Part shown: piece by piece, positions 49,763 to 58,801 of the stretch
Layout: each line of letters starts with the position of its first letter
Numbering within the stretch: position 1 is the stretch's first letter
DNA from: Nitrospirota bacterium
Lineage (GTDB): Bacteria; Nitrospirota; Thermodesulfovibrionia; Thermodesulfovibrionales; UBA1546
Reading direction: 5' to 3'
NCBI GenBank assembly: GCA_016212165.1
Contig: JACRGY010000106.1
Location: 851-64,850, forward strand
Length of the DNA stretch: 64,000 nucleotides
Translations under genes and position numbers: made by a program
Notes under the pieces: generated by a model
What the model was told of the DNA's origin: nothing
The model's database searches: none
What the model saw: only the letters and a program-made list of their open reading frames with translations

Positions 49763-50768
49763 AATCAGGGTCCTCATAGTAGACGATTCTCCGTTTATCC
49801 GAAAAGCGCTTCTCAGGATTTTTGAATCTGAACCTTCGATTGCAGTTGTGGGTGTTGCCAGGAACGGGAAAGAGGCCATAGGAAAGGTTATAGAGCTGGA
49901 GCCTGATGTTATAACCCTTGATATAATGATGCCGGAGATGGATGGCATCGAGACTCTTAAGATTATAATGGAGACAAAACCTACCCCTGTGCTGATGCTT
50001 TCCCAGTATACCCATGAAGGCACAGAACTCACCTTAAATGCCCTTGAATTTGGGGCCATGGATTTTGTCGATAAATCAACAACCGGATTGATGGATTTTT
50101 TTGGGCTTGCTAAAGAAATAATATCAAAAGTTAAGGCTATAACAGGCCAAAGACCATTAAGGATTGCTTCTTCATCAATGGCGCTTCAGGACTATAAAGG
50201 CAGGGGCATTATAGATGCAGTTGCAATTGGAACTTCAACAGGAGGGCCGCCTGCACTCCAGGTGCTTTTGCCAAAATTTCCCAAGGATATAAGCTTTGGA
50301 GTTCTCATAGTCCAGCATATGCCGCAGGGCTTTACAGGGCCGCTCGCTAAACGGCTCGATACTATGTGTCAAATCCATATTAAAGAGGCAGAGGAGGGGG
50401 ACAAGATTGAACCCGGCGTTGCCCTTATTGCGCCTTCAGGCCTCCATATGAAGGTCAGGAAAAATCAAAAACTTATAAGGCTCGACATGGAACCTATAAA
50501 CACAGCCCACAGGCCATCTGTGGATGTGCTTTTTCAGACAGTGGCAGACAACTATGGTAATCGTTCAATCGGTGTAATTCTCACAGGCATGGGGTCTGAC
50601 GGGGCAAAAGGCATAAGGCTGATGAAAGAGCAGGGCGCTGTTACCCTTGCTCAGGATGAGGAAACATCAACGATATTCGGAATGCCAAAGGTTGCGATAG
50701 AAAGCGGGGTTATTGATAAGGTAGTGCCCATAACCTCAATGGCAGAAGAGATAATGAAGATGGCATAA
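49755..50768 (+). CDS. cheB: protein-glutamate methylesterase CheB
   Basis: REC (VDDSPFIR, TLDIMMPEMDG) plus an esterase domain (GTSTGGPPAL, HMP, GMGSDGA). Confidence 0.9.
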   Translation: MSEIRVLIVDDSPFIRKALLRIFESEPSIAVVGVARNGKEAIGKVIELEPDVITLDIMMPEMDGIETLKIIMETKPTPVLMLSQYTHEGTELTLNALEFGAMDFVDKSTTGLMDFFGLAKEIISKVKAITGQRPLRIASSSMALQDYKGRGIIDAVAIGTSTGGPPALQVLLPKFPKDISFGVLIVQHMPQGFTGPLAKRLDTMCQIHIKEAEEGDKIEPGVALIAPSGLHMKVRKNQKLIRLDMEPINTAHRPSVDVLFQTVADNYGNRSIGVILTGMGSDGAKGIRLMKEQGAVTLAQDEETSTIFGMPKVAIESGVIDKVVPITSMAEEIMKMA

Positions 50769-50769
50769 G

Positions 50770-50826
50770 GAGGTAAAGGTAAAGAGATGCTAAAGAGTTT
50801 TCTCAACCTCAACCTTAACCTCAGCC
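50770..50826. repeat. inverted heptamer repeat between convergent cheB and the kinase gene (bidirectional terminator-like)
   Basis: GGAGGTAAAGGTAAAGAG ... CTCAACCTCAACCTTAACCTCAGCC. AACCTTA family. Confidence 0.6.
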
Positions 50827-53673
50827 TTCTTGAAGACTAATTATTACTGACGTCCCTGAACCTTCGGTACTCTGTATCTCCATGCTGCCGTTATGGTCTT
50901 CGATTATTTTTTTGCATATTGAAAGGCCAAGCCCCGTGCCTTCTTTTCTTGTTGTAAAAAACGGGTCCCATATCTTGTCTATTATATCTTTTCTGATCCC
51001 AATGCCATTGTCCTTTGTCGTTATTACCACCCTGCCTTTTTTCTGCTCAGCAGTTATATCTACGTTCCTGCTCCGTGCATTCAGGGCATTATCTATAAGG
51101 TTCAGGAAAACCTGGGTCAGTTTATCTGTATCTGCCATGATTGTAACTGAAGGGTTAATTATTAAATTCACGGCCACATCCTCTTTCTTTGCCTTAACAT
51201 AATGCTTTATCTTTTCCATAAGGACATTTAAATCCACTTCTCTGATATCCAATTTTGACGGCCTGCTGTACAGGAGAAGTTCCTCAATCAGGTTCTTCAG
51301 TCTGTATATCTCCTTAAGCATTGCCTGCAGAAGGGCACGGTGTTGTTCGGATTTAATTTCCCTCTCTAATATCTGCACTATGGAGGATATGCCAAAAAGC
51401 GGATTCCTTATTTCGTGGGCAACCCCGGCAACAACCTTTCCTATTGCCTCAAGATGCTGCCTCTTCCTTGCTTCTGCCTGAAGTTTCTTTATCTCGGTAA
51501 GATCACGGAATACCACAACAGTTCCTGCCTGTTTATCATCCGTACGGCTCAACGGAGAATTGTTGAAACCTACAGGAATGACATCTGTCCCGTCTGAGAG
51601 CTCTATCTCTCTGTTCAGGTTAGAATTAATTATGAGAAAATCAGATGCCTGCGGCAAGGCGTCTGTAAGTTTTTTACCGATAACATAGTCTTTGATTTTC
51701 AATATCCCGAAACCGATAGGGTTTAACTTTATGATACGGTTTTCCGAATCAAGAACCATTATTCCCGTGGCCATGTTGGTGAGAACCACCCCTGAAAAAT
51801 CCCTTTCAGTTAGGAGCTCATTGTATAGCTGTGCTGTATTAATGGCAGCGGCAGCCTGGCTTGCAAAGAGCCGAATAACAGCCTTTTCAGCATCTGTCAT
51901 AAAGAAATCTTTTTTCTTGAAAAGTGTCAGGCAACCGAATATTGAATTTTTCAGCTTCAACGGGACTGAGGCCATGTACAAAAAACCATAGCTTTGGATT
52001 AAACCGCTGAGACATTCAACATCCTGAATTCTAACTGTTTCCAAGGGGCGTTCCTCCTCAATGGATCTTCCGATAAAAGATTCTTCAACGGGAAGAGAAT
52101 CAGGGATGATAGCTTTTTCAATATTGGAGACGGTTTTGAGGTGCAATCTTCCGTCTTTTTTCCCCATTAGCCACAGTATTGCGGCGTCCATATTTGCAAA
52201 AACCGTAGCAGATGAGACAATGGATTGCGTAAGTTTATTCAGGTCCAGGTCCCGAATCGTTTCAACTGATATATCCTGAAGCCTGATAAGGCTGGCTATG
52301 TCTTCTTTTTTTCCCTCAATCAGCTTTTGGTTTTCAATGGCAGATGCAATTTCAGAGCCAAGAATTTCAATGGAATGAAGCGAAGTCTTTGTTATATCTT
52401 CTGTTTTGCCGGCTATTAAAACTCCTATAACAGGGAAGACATTACAGTGAAGACACCCGTAGATTTTTTCTTTGCCGGCCACTGCCTGAGGGCTTCTGCA
52501 GAGCGTGCCGCTTATCAGCCAGCACCTCTCGTCAGTACTATTAAATGCAGGGCAGTTTTCGTATGTGCAGAGATTGACTTCCCTGCATCTCTTCCTTTGA
52601 TGAGAAAGAATAGGAATTATAACGACGTTGCCAAATGCATCCGGCGCCCCAATATCCTGCGACTTTTTTATCGCGGACCTTGCTTCCCTTATGGTTTTTA
52701 TAAAGGGGTGTTCGCTGGCAAGTGATATTTCAATAGAGCAGACATCATCATCAATGCCTTTTTTGAACTCCTGCAAAAGAAGTCCTGTTTCCTTGTCTAT
52801 AAGGCATAGGGCCGAATATCCATAGCCCATCTCGTCTGTTATGGCATCCAAAAACTGCCCTACAATCTCTTTCAGTGTTAGATCGCCTTTAAATACCTCA
52901 GATGAAAGTTCAGCAATTGCCCTTAGCTCTTTAGTCCTTTGCCTTATGGCGTTCTCAAGGCCTATATGTGATTTCTCTATGCTGTCTGCCATTTCATTAA
53001 AGCGGGAAGCAAGCATGCCAATCTCATCATTCCTCTTTAAGTGTATTCTGTATTTAAGCTTTCGGGGCCTCAGCACGTCTGTTCCTTGATGGAGGGTATC
53101 CAGGGGATTTAGAATCATCTTTCTTATAACAATGATTAAAAATATTTCACTGATTAAACCTATGATAACGGCAAAAAATATCAGGCGCTTGGCTGTTTCG
53201 TTAATCTCTGCATGAGCCTTTCTCAGTGAGGTTTTTATAACAAGCATCCCCCTTGTCTTATCCCCGGAGGAATGACAAGCATGGCACCTGCGCTCATTTT
53301 TAAGAGGCTTATAGAAAAAGAGGGCCTCGTCGGATTTTATATGGGCTTCCTTCCGGGCAGCGAATATTTCTTCAGGCACCGCAATATCAGTGTTAAAAAC
53401 CGGCTGCCCGTCCATGCCTACGACCCCTATTTCCACATCCCCAAGCTGACGGAACTCCTGAATATGCTGAGCAACAATCAGAGGATCTTTTTCCATCATT
53501 GCAGATGTGAGATGTTTTGTAAGCATTTCTGCAGTCTGTAAAGATTTCTCCGAATATATGCCGATTATTATGGTTTTTTCCCGTTCGAGTATCAGGTATG
53601 TGAGAAGTCCAAAAAAGAAGACTACGCCGGCCAGGAGTATCCAGAAAGATTTTTCACTAAGACTTTTTTTGAT
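50821..53673 (-). CDS. sensor histidine kinase: TM, periplasmic CxxCH domain, TM, HAMP, GAF (with inserted 7-Cys module, copy D), GAF, PAS, HisKA, HATPase
   Basis: The track ORF starts at the ATG at 53526. However, 49 in-frame stop-free codons upstream encode IKKSLSEKSFWILLAGVVFFFGLLTYLIL (TM1) after the AAGGGGAAGGG RBS, which implies an ATC (or other non-canonical) start at 53673. CHACH lies at 53272-53286. H-box AHEIRNPL. DNGIGI/GTGLGLSI. Confidence 0.85.
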   Translation of the reverse strand: MKKSLSEKSFWILLAGVVFFFGLLTYLILEREKTIIIGIYSEKSLQTAEMLTKHLTSAMMEKDPLIVAQHIQEFRQLGDVEIGVVGMDGQPVFNTDIAVPEEIFAARKEAHIKSDEALFFYKPLKNERRCHACHSSGDKTRGMLVIKTSLRKAHAEINETAKRLIFFAVIIGLISEIFLIIVIRKMILNPLDTLHQGTDVLRPRKLKYRIHLKRNDEIGMLASRFNEMADSIEKSHIGLENAIRQRTKELRAIAELSSEVFKGDLTLKEIVGQFLDAITDEMGYGYSALCLIDKETGLLLQEFKKGIDDDVCSIEISLASEHPFIKTIREARSAIKKSQDIGAPDAFGNVVIIPILSHQRKRCREVNLCTYENCPAFNSTDERCWLISGTLCRSPQAVAGKEKIYGCLHCNVFPVIGVLIAGKTEDITKTSLHSIEILGSEIASAIENQKLIEGKKEDIASLIRLQDISVETIRDLDLNKLTQSIVSSATVFANMDAAILWLMGKKDGRLHLKTVSNIEKAIIPDSLPVEESFIGRSIEEERPLETVRIQDVECLSGLIQSYGFLYMASVPLKLKNSIFGCLTLFKKKDFFMTDAEKAVIRLFASQAAAAINTAQLYNELLTERDFSGVVLTNMATGIMVLDSENRIIKLNPIGFGILKIKDYVIGKKLTDALPQASDFLIINSNLNREIELSDGTDVIPVGFNNSPLSRTDDKQAGTVVVFRDLTEIKKLQAEARKRQHLEAIGKVVAGVAHEIRNPLFGISSIVQILEREIKSEQHRALLQAMLKEIYRLKNLIEELLLYSRPSKLDIREVDLNVLMEKIKHYVKAKKEDVAVNLIINPSVTIMADTDKLTQVFLNLIDNALNARSRNVDITAEQKKGRVVITTKDNGIGIRKDIIDKIWDPFFTTRKEGTGLGLSICKKIIEDHNGSMEIQSTEGSGTSVIISLQEG

Positions 53674-53835
53674 GTTCCCTTCCCCTTATAAAACGATAAA
53701 ATAACTTTTTATGTTTATAATAAAACTTTATTGCCGGAAAACTCAACAAAGGACTTTTATGTTTCATGATAAAATTATAATAATACACAGGGGATAGGAT
53801 GGATTTATAATAAAATAACAAAATGAGAGGTGACA

Positions 53836-54960
53836 ATGTCCAAGGTCTACTTTGCTCCGGCAAGGATAAAAAAATGGAAATATGCAGACAGCATGCCAGG
53901 CAAGCTCGAGAAGTTGCTGAATGAGATAAATCTCCTGAGCTTTTTTGAAAAAGATGAATGGACAGCTGTAAAGACACATTTTGGCTCTGAGGGCGCTCAC
54001 AGGATTGTGAGGCCTATATTCTTAAGAAAGGTTGTTGATGCCTTAAAAGGTGTAAGCGCCAAGCCTTTTGTTACAGATACGGTCCGCATAAAAGGGCTTG
54101 ATTATCTCGAAGTTGCAAATCAAAACGGGATAAATCATCTTTCCGTTGGAGCGCCCGTTGTTCTGGCTGACGGGCTTTATGGGAATGACAATATAATGGT
54201 AAGGGCCGGCGATATCCTTGGTGAAATTGCAATCGCAAGTGTAATACATGATGTGCCTGCCATGTTTGTGTGTTCACATGTTAAAGGGCATATTCAGGCA
54301 GGTTATGGCGGTGCAATTAAAAATGTCGCGATGGGAGGGATCAGCTCAAGCCACAGAAAATGCGGTTGGAAATGCGGAAGGGGCGCCTTACATACAATAG
54401 GCGAGGGCAAGTTAATATGGGATGAGGCAAAGTGTGAGCTCTGTTATCAATGTGAAGAGATTTGCCCGCTTGAGTGTATAAAATTTGAAAATGAACTTTT
54501 TGCCTACAGCGAAGATAAATGCTGGAGGTGTGGAAGATGCACAAGGGTCTGTCCGGCAGGCGCGCTTGCAATGCCGGGCGATGACGAAAGGTTTATGCAT
54601 GCCCTGGCAGAGGCTGCGAAGGCAGTTATCGGCACATTTCAGCCAGGCAAAATTATATATATAAATTTTCTTACTGAGATACAGCCTGAGTGCGACTGTA
54701 TGCCGTCTGCTGATGTGCCGGTTATACAGGATCAGGGGATACTTGTTTCCGATGATATTGTTTCAATAGAGCAGGCTACAGTAGATATGCTTTCAAATAA
54801 AAAACCCCTTCCTCAATCTGCCATGGACGAATATCAATCTGAACCAGACGATATACTTTTTTGCCTTTCCAGAAAGCCATACAAACTACAGATAGATGCA
54901 GCTGAAAGACTTGGATTAGGCAGCAAACAATATAAACTTGTCGAGATACAGGAATTTTAA
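53836..54960 (+). CDS. DUF362-domain protein with an inserted 2x[4Fe-4S] ferredoxin domain
   Basis: MSKVYFAP...VKTHFGS...FVTDT pattern (DUF362). CELCYQCEEICP and CWRCGRCTRVCP. GAGAGGTG RBS. Confidence 0.8.
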   Translation: MSKVYFAPARIKKWKYADSMPGKLEKLLNEINLLSFFEKDEWTAVKTHFGSEGAHRIVRPIFLRKVVDALKGVSAKPFVTDTVRIKGLDYLEVANQNGINHLSVGAPVVLADGLYGNDNIMVRAGDILGEIAIASVIHDVPAMFVCSHVKGHIQAGYGGAIKNVAMGGISSSHRKCGWKCGRGALHTIGEGKLIWDEAKCELCYQCEEICPLECIKFENELFAYSEDKCWRCGRCTRVCPAGALAMPGDDERFMHALAEAAKAVIGTFQPGKIIYINFLTEIQPECDCMPSADVPVIQDQGILVSDDIVSIEQATVDMLSNKKPLPQSAMDEYQSEPDDILFCLSRKPYKLQIDAAERLGLGSKQYKLVEIQEF

Positions 54961-54966
54961 AAAAAA

Positions 54967-54997
54967 CACTGCTGTCCGTGGGATGTGGACAGCAGTG
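54967..54997. terminator. 11-bp-stem hairpin between the DUF362 gene and the prophage
   Basis: CACTGCTGTCC-gtgggatgt-GGACAGCAGTG, flanked by an A8 run on the left. This gives a U-run for minus-strand transcripts. Confidence 0.5.
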
Positions 54998-55164
54998 TAG
55001 GGGAGGTAACGAGGCGCTTAATTGTTATATTTATAACAGACCTTATGCGCTTTGTCAAGAAAAATATTTAGATTATATATAAATTATAGCTTTAGGGAAT
55101 ATGCTTTTCTGCCTATTATGCTGCCTGTGCCAGGCGTTGTGTTCATGTTGAGCCTAATTATTAT

Positions 55165-55192
55165 ATTTTACATAATATATCAATACGTACAC
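55165..55192 (-). other. dif-like site (left; degenerate XerC arm)
   Basis: Minus strand: GTGTACGTATT-GATATA-TTATGTAAAAT. The XerD arm matches TTATGTTAAAT at 10 of 11 positions. Confidence 0.7.
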
Positions 55193-55266
55193 AGCAAAAA
55201 GAGCTATTGTATTTTTTAATAGGATTATTTCATAAACTTATAATAAAGATATCTTCAAAAGAAAAT

Positions 55267-56064
55267 TTACTTGGGCGTAAAGGTAATAGTGCCGGAAGAC
55301 TCATTTATGGAATAATCAAAATGTTTCAGGAAGGAACCACCGAGAAGGTTATGAACATTCGAAGGAGAGTTACCACACTTAACATCTTTCACTTCAAAAG
55401 AACCAAGCCGAAGAGAGGAAACATAAAAATAGTTAACCTTGACATCTCCATTTGCAGTATGATGAACGCCAGTTCCAACAAATTCTTTAACACCTAACTT
55501 CCGAATAGCATCAGAATTTAAAGCGACGTAAGAAGCTCCGGTATCAAGAATCACTTCAAAAGGCATACCGTTTATTTCAACATCAAGGTGCTTAACATTA
55601 TTGACAGAACGATATTTAAAAGTTTGAGACATAACAGCAGGTTCATATACACTATGACGCTTACCGTTAATTTCTACATATCCACTATAACCACCGCCAA
55701 CAGTAGATACAAGCTGAGATTTTTCTTTTTCTGATTGCTGAGAAATTAACAAAGCCTGTTTTTCCATCTGCGTCCTAATAGGAGAATTTTCAAGACAACT
55801 ACTACTTGATGGATTAGCCGCACACATTTCTTCATAAGTCTTGTAATACACAGATTGAACCGGAACAGATTGAATAGGAACAGATTGAACAAACGGAGAA
55901 GATTGAGCAGGAGCATAGACAACAGGAGGGCGAGAAAAATATAAGTTTACACGATATAAAAAAACACCAATAATAAAGACCCAAGAAACCCAACCAAAAA
56001 GTCTCAGATAATAATTAAACCCTTTTGATTTACAAGGAAGATTATCCCAACGTTCAAGAGCCAT
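55267..56064 (-). CDS. membrane-anchored retropepsin-like (clan AA) aspartic protease
   Basis: 265 aa. N-terminal TM. VQSVPIQSVPVQSV repeat. Catalytic LDTGAS and LLGGSFL (TIGR02281-like). Confidence 0.8.
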   Translation of the reverse strand: MALERWDNLPCKSKGFNYYLRLFGWVSWVFIIGVFLYRVNLYFSRPPVVYAPAQSSPFVQSVPIQSVPVQSVYYKTYEEMCAANPSSSSCLENSPIRTQMEKQALLISQQSEKEKSQLVSTVGGGYSGYVEINGKRHSVYEPAVMSQTFKYRSVNNVKHLDVEINGMPFEVILDTGASYVALNSDAIRKLGVKEFVGTGVHHTANGDVKVNYFYVSSLRLGSFEVKDVKCGNSPSNVHNLLGGSFLKHFDYSINESSGTITFTPK

Positions 56065-56501
56065 AATAGAAGGATAGAAGGATTGATAAAAAATATCAAG
56101 TATAAAATTCCCCGGGGCGCATTTTAATAATTATAAATTTTGTTAATCAATAAATTATCTAAGGAATATTCAATTTATAAATATCAAAACCGAGCTACAC
56201 CGGCGAAGCTCAAGCCTTTTCAAGAAGACAAAAGTCTTGACCAAAGGCGGGTATCTCTTGCGCAAAGACATAGAAAAGCCTGATCCGGATAAAATCGAAC
56301 TCCGCAAATGCCCTACATTCAATTTTACCGGAATAGGCCATAGCTTGATATAGGATATAAACAACATATTAAAGACAATATGGTAAAAACTTTATAGGCA
56401 TGGAAAAGAACATCAAGCCTTCATGCCAGCATAAGAACGCTGTCATTTGTCTTGAAAAGTTCCTATAACCTTCTGATAAAGTTTTTTTCTTTTGAACGTC
56501 A

Positions 56502-56549
56502 AATTCCTTTTTAACTCCCTCAGTCAGTGAAGGAAGTTAAAAAGGAATT
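56502..56549. repeat. 48-bp inverted repeat (candidate phage origin or operator)
   Basis: AATTCCTTTTTAACT(cCCT)-cagtcagtga-(AGGa)AGTTAAAAAGGAATT. 15 perfect plus 3 further base pairs. Confidence 0.7.
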
Positions 56550-56592
56550 TTGTTTTTAGAGAGAAAAATATAAAAAGAAGGGAGGTGAAAAA

Positions 56593-56739
56593 ATGAACAC
56601 AACATCAAAATACATTACAATCACCATTAAGGGCATAGCTATTGAGCTTGATGATGCAGTTGAAAGAAAAGATAATGTAGAAGTACAAAAACTATTACGC
56701 AAACTAAAATACTGGATAAAAAAACTTACAAAAAAATAA
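56593..56739 (+). CDS. 48-aa phage-encoded protein (unannotated)
   Basis: Strong RBS GAAGGGAGGTGA. Product MNTTSKYITITIKGIAIELDDAVERKDNVEVQKLLRKLKYWIKKLTKK. Confidence 0.5.
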   Translation: MNTTSKYITITIKGIAIELDDAVERKDNVEVQKLLRKLKYWIKKLTKK

Positions 56740-56755
56740 GGAGAGAAAAAAAAGT

Positions 56756-56947
56756 ATGGCATACAGAAAAAAGACATTAAGGCAGTTAAATCCGATTTCA
56801 CGAAAGTTAGCAAGGACCGTAGCCCTAGCACAGGCAATACAACGCACAATGAAAAACATTGTTGATGAAGTGAACTTCTTAGAACGTGAGCATGAACAAA
56901 TACGCAGAGAGCTTATTTTCAAGAAGAAAGACAAAGAAGCGATATAG
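56756..56947 (+). CDS. 63-aa basic coiled-coil phage protein (possible regulator)
   Basis: AAGGAGAG RBS. Followed by a terminator. Confidence 0.5.
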   Translation: MAYRKKTLRQLNPISRKLARTVALAQAIQRTMKNIVDEVNFLEREHEQIRRELIFKKKDKEAI

Positions 56948-56953
56948 CTGACA

Positions 56954-56985
56954 AGGCAGGGGACAACAACCCTGCCTATTTTTTT
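56954..56985 (+). terminator. rho-independent terminator
   Basis: AGGCAGGG-gacaacaa-CCCTGCCT followed by T7. Confidence 0.75.
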
Positions 56986-57703
56986 AAAAAGGCTCTAAAG
57001 AAAAATCTGTATCATCAAGCTGAAAGACGCGCTTCCAGAGAGAAGGCGGATGTAAATATACCCAAACTTTTTCTTTTTCGTTGCCATAGCCAAAATCCAC
57101 AAAAGCACCTTTATAAGTCCATTTAAACATAGAGAATAAATCCACAGTCTCATTAAAGCGAAGAAAAAAAGAAAGAGCATTTTGAAATTTATTCCAGGAC
57201 ATACGAAGATAACTAGCTATCATAGAACTGCCTATACGCCTTACCTTAGCCTCGATACTGAGGTCTAAGGACTTTGATATATATTTCATAAGATAACCCA
57301 TACTGGCACGCCTTACAGGCTTACAGTCAAGGTTACCATGCTTCCAGTAAAGCTGTAAGCGTTGAATATCATCCTTACCGAAATCTATATCATATTCAAA
57401 ACCGACTATAACATGCCAATGAAGAACATTATCACCATATTTTTCTAAACGCTTTTCCTGAATTTCAGCAGTCCAGATATACACCACATCACCGTAGTAA
57501 CGCCGAAGTTTCACAAAAAAAGAATTAAGAATATTCGGTTTATAGCCCTCGATTTTTTGAGTGAGAGTTATATGCTTCAAAAAACGAGGTTGAAGCTTAA
57601 GAGAGTTAAGAAAGCCCATGCCAAGACGCTTATACCGAGAGATATAGGTATCTATTATCAGTTTTTCACCAGTTTCAGAATGCTGTATCTCAATATAACG
57701 CAT
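56984..57703 (-). CDS. rolling-circle replication initiator (HUH endonuclease)
   Basis: 239 aa. Motif I FLKHITLT, motif II LHWHVIV (HUH), motif III GYLMKYISK (catalytic Tyr). Confidence 0.8.
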   Translation of the reverse strand: MRYIEIQHSETGEKLIIDTYISRYKRLGMGFLNSLKLQPRFLKHITLTQKIEGYKPNILNSFFVKLRRYYGDVVYIWTAEIQEKRLEKYGDNVLHWHVIVGFEYDIDFGKDDIQRLQLYWKHGNLDCKPVRRASMGYLMKYISKSLDLSIEAKVRRIGSSMIASYLRMSWNKFQNALSFFLRFNETVDLFSMFKWTYKGAFVDFGYGNEKEKVWVYLHPPSLWKRVFQLDDTDFSLEPF

Positions 57704-57712
57704 TATTTTATA

Positions 57713-58801
57713 TCAGTTTTCCTTTAAAGTGTTTGAGTTATTAGTATTACTTACTAAATCCCTAGAAGGGCTCTTCCCGCCTTCCGCCAAGGCGGAACCG
57801 GCGGGAGAGGTTACTGTTTTAACTAATTTTCTATTCCTATAGGTCTCTATAACGTCCCCACAGCGTTCAATCTCCCAAACAGAGCCGTTAGCTTCAATAT
57901 ACCCAATGCGCTTACAGGGCACGTCCTGGAGCTTTACAGAGAGCGTGTTCGTTGGCGATAAAGATTGACCAGATTTAAGATTTTTTGCATCACCACTTTG
58001 ATTAATGGCAGCAGGAGCAATACCAAGAAAATTGACAGGACTGTTAGCATTTGTTGTAACCCCCTTTTTATTTTCTGCTGTTTTAGCAATCGCCTTTACA
58101 GGATTGCCTTGACTGAAAAGGACACCGAGGCAAATAATAGCAAAAATTATAAATGCAGAAACGACCGTAGACGAGAAGCGACCTTTTTGTTTAACAGCAT
58201 TAACATCAACGCCGGAGCGAAAAAGCGTAAATATGACAGAGTCATATCTACGCGTATATTGAGCAATAACATCTTTATCAAAAGGTGTCTGACGACGGTT
58301 GACAGCAAATCTATTTTTAGTGAAGCCATGAAGAAAACCAAGATTTTTTATTTGATACGAATCATTAGCCAGACGGCTAATATTCACATCACAGCGTTTA
58401 ACATTCTGAGTAATGAATACGAGGTCAACGCCGAAATGTCTGTTATACTCAAGAAGATGAAGAAAACCGCTTTTTGTATCCTTAAATTGCCGGGCGTCCC
58501 ATATGAACTGTGCTTCATCAATAACATATAAAGCATTGTCAGAAAGGGCAGGATTCAGAACAGCCCGGCCTTCCACACCATCATCCTCAACATCACAGGT
58601 TAGCGACTCTTGCCACCATTTCAGAGATTGCCGGACCGTAATATCAATATCCTTTCCTATGTAATTGCGAAGCTCGGGAAGATTAAGTTTATCAATATTC
58701 GTAATAACTTTACGGCCGGCGCGCAGAGCAGGAATAATTTCTTGGAACATGACACAGTAAGTTTTTCCACCACCGACCTTGCCGTAATAAACACGGTTCA
58801 T
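57713..58801 (-). CDS. Zot-family assembly ATPase (pI-like)
   Basis: 362 aa. Walker A GKVGGGKT, Walker B LYVIDEAQ, and a central TM (VVSAFIIFAIICLGVLF). Confidence 0.88.
   Translation of the reverse strand: MNRVYYGKVGGGKTYCVMFQEIIPALRAGRKVITNIDKLNLPELRNYIGKDIDITVRQSLKWWQESLTCDVEDDGVEGRAVLNPALSDNALYVIDEAQFIWDARQFKDTKSGFLHLLEYNRHFGVDLVFITQNVKRCDVNISRLANDSYQIKNLGFLHGFTKNRFAVNRRQTPFDKDVIAQYTRRYDSVIFTLFRSGVDVNAVKQKGRFSSTVVSAFIIFAIICLGVLFSQGNPVKAIAKTAENKKGVTTNANSPVNFLGIAPAAINQSGDAKNLKSGQSLSPTNTLSVKLQDVPCKRIGYIEANGSVWEIERCGDVIETYRNRKLVKTVTSPAGSALAEGGKSPSRDLVSNTNNSNTLKEN

Noticed and set aside
57965-58531. 188-aa plus-strand ORF inside the prophage.
   Set aside because: It is antisense to the Zot-family ATPase gene, which has Walker A and B motifs.
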